A DNA stretch of 63,723 bases from Sarea resinae. Its lineage: Eukaryota. The position numbers and the translations under genes were made by a program. The stretch lies in contig JAPEUD010000070.1 of the NCBI GenBank assembly GCA_026026165.1, positions 62,001 to 125,723 on the forward strand, given 5' to 3'. This document shows, one piece after another, positions 62,901 through 63,723 of this stretch. Positions within the stretch are counted from its first letter, which is position 1. Each line of letters begins with the position of its first letter. The notes beneath the pieces are model-generated. The model had not been told where the DNA came from, made no database searches, and was given only the letters and a program-made list of their open reading frames with translations.

Positions 62901-63723
62901 TCTTAATTCGCATTTAATAGCATATAGCTAACTAAAATTTGCTTGCGAATACACTGCCTCTATCTAATATAATGCGCTTTAGATTGCTATACGCTGTTAT
63001 TACAACGTCAATAAATATGTCTGCAAGTATAGCGGCATTTAGATTTGTCTAGTATAGAGTATATTTTGCTATCTTTGTATAGCGGTTAACTACTACTATT
63101 ATTATGTTATAGGCCTTGCAATCTCTTATGTTGCTTAGTAGCAGGCCTATAATAAAATCTATAGTGATTTCTTTAAACAGCTAGTAGGGTATAGGTAACG
63201 ACTATAGCTCGCTGTATAGGCGATGCCTAGGCACCTAGACCCTTTAACATATATTGCACTTATTAATATATTCTTTAATATCCTTAGCTAAATTAGTCTA
63301 CTAGTATTTACGCTAGATCACCTCTGTCGTTCTCTTAGCGCTAAAGTAGCTACTAAACAGGTTATTATAGTTTATTCTTATAATTTCTAACCTAATAGCT
63401 GTATCACACAGTATATATACTTTGCCTTCTAGGCGCAGCAGGCCTATAGAGTCTATTTTCCACTTTTCTTAGCCTGTAACCTCCTTAGTAGGAATGCTTC
63501 TAATCTTTTCCTTAGCGAAATAATCTTCCTACTAAGTCCTAAGGATAATGTTAAGCAGCTAGCTTGTTAGCAGCTTATACGCTCTTTTATTAGCAGCTGC
63601 CTTATGCACTGCTTGTCTTATATAGAGGTGTTTAAACTTATCTCCTAATGCTAGCTTATTAGCATTGTTATTTAGGCTAGGCCTAGGTGTCACTCTAGTG
63701 CCTCTCTATCGCTCTTTGGGGTT
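59940..63723 (-). mobile_element. RIP-inactivated Ty3/Gypsy (chromovirus) LTR retrotransposon, 3' portion, truncated by the window edge
   Basis: Strong TpA excess and CpA/TpG loss; no ORFs in the track. Minus-strand relics: integrase zinc-finger region (..YINKCNIC*RV, ~63240-63370), ITIDFIIGL (~63150), LSTAFYLQTDS*TKRQN*TLEHYL (~62820-62896), chromodomain QYLVK*KR..S*ELVEHL (~62160-62280). Confidence 0.92.
60848..61507 (+). pseudogene. RIP-mutated spliced antisense ORF within the retroelement's 3' region, Cys-rich (Zn-cluster-like)
   Basis: LCLRYAKCLS..VYSCPSSLAKCTRCA*LYKKCNK; intron 61052..61105 (gtaagc..ctaac..tag); helical exon 2; intron-like 61364..61417 (ataagc..ctaac..tag); in-frame stops are TAG/TAA, explainable by RIP. 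Confidence 0.6.

Overview
Filamentous ascomycete (Pezizomycotina) genomic DNA with intron-containing genes (GT..AG introns, CTRAC-like branch sites) and a RIP-mutated repeat at the right end. From left to right: a gene-poor first 5.7 kb; a SAM+PH scaffold gene; a hypothetical gene; an unannotated ~5.5 kb interval holding a head-to-head pair of degenerate orphan membrane-protein paralogs and an intact 372-bp hAT-type MITE; a Zn2Cys6 TF / old yellow enzyme / MFS / MBOAT block; a housekeeping block (GH18 ENGase-like, dienelactone hydrolase, 3-beta-HSD, THOC5, IZH3-like PAQR, COQ10, RSM26-like, Cys-rich membrane protein). Next is a purine-themed block: MoCo sulfurase hxB, a non-canonical HCD-motif adenine deaminase-like enzyme, a Dal5-type permease, an NtaA/DszA-type flavin monooxygenase, an alpha/beta hydrolase and a guanine deaminase. 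The window ends in a RIP-inactivated chromoviral Ty3/Gypsy element carrying a spliced antisense Cys-rich gene. Best novelty candidates: the putative modified-purine catabolic cluster, the retroelement-borne antisense Zn-cluster-like gene, and the inverted mosaic orphan gene pair. All calls were made by eye from motifs; no database searches were run.
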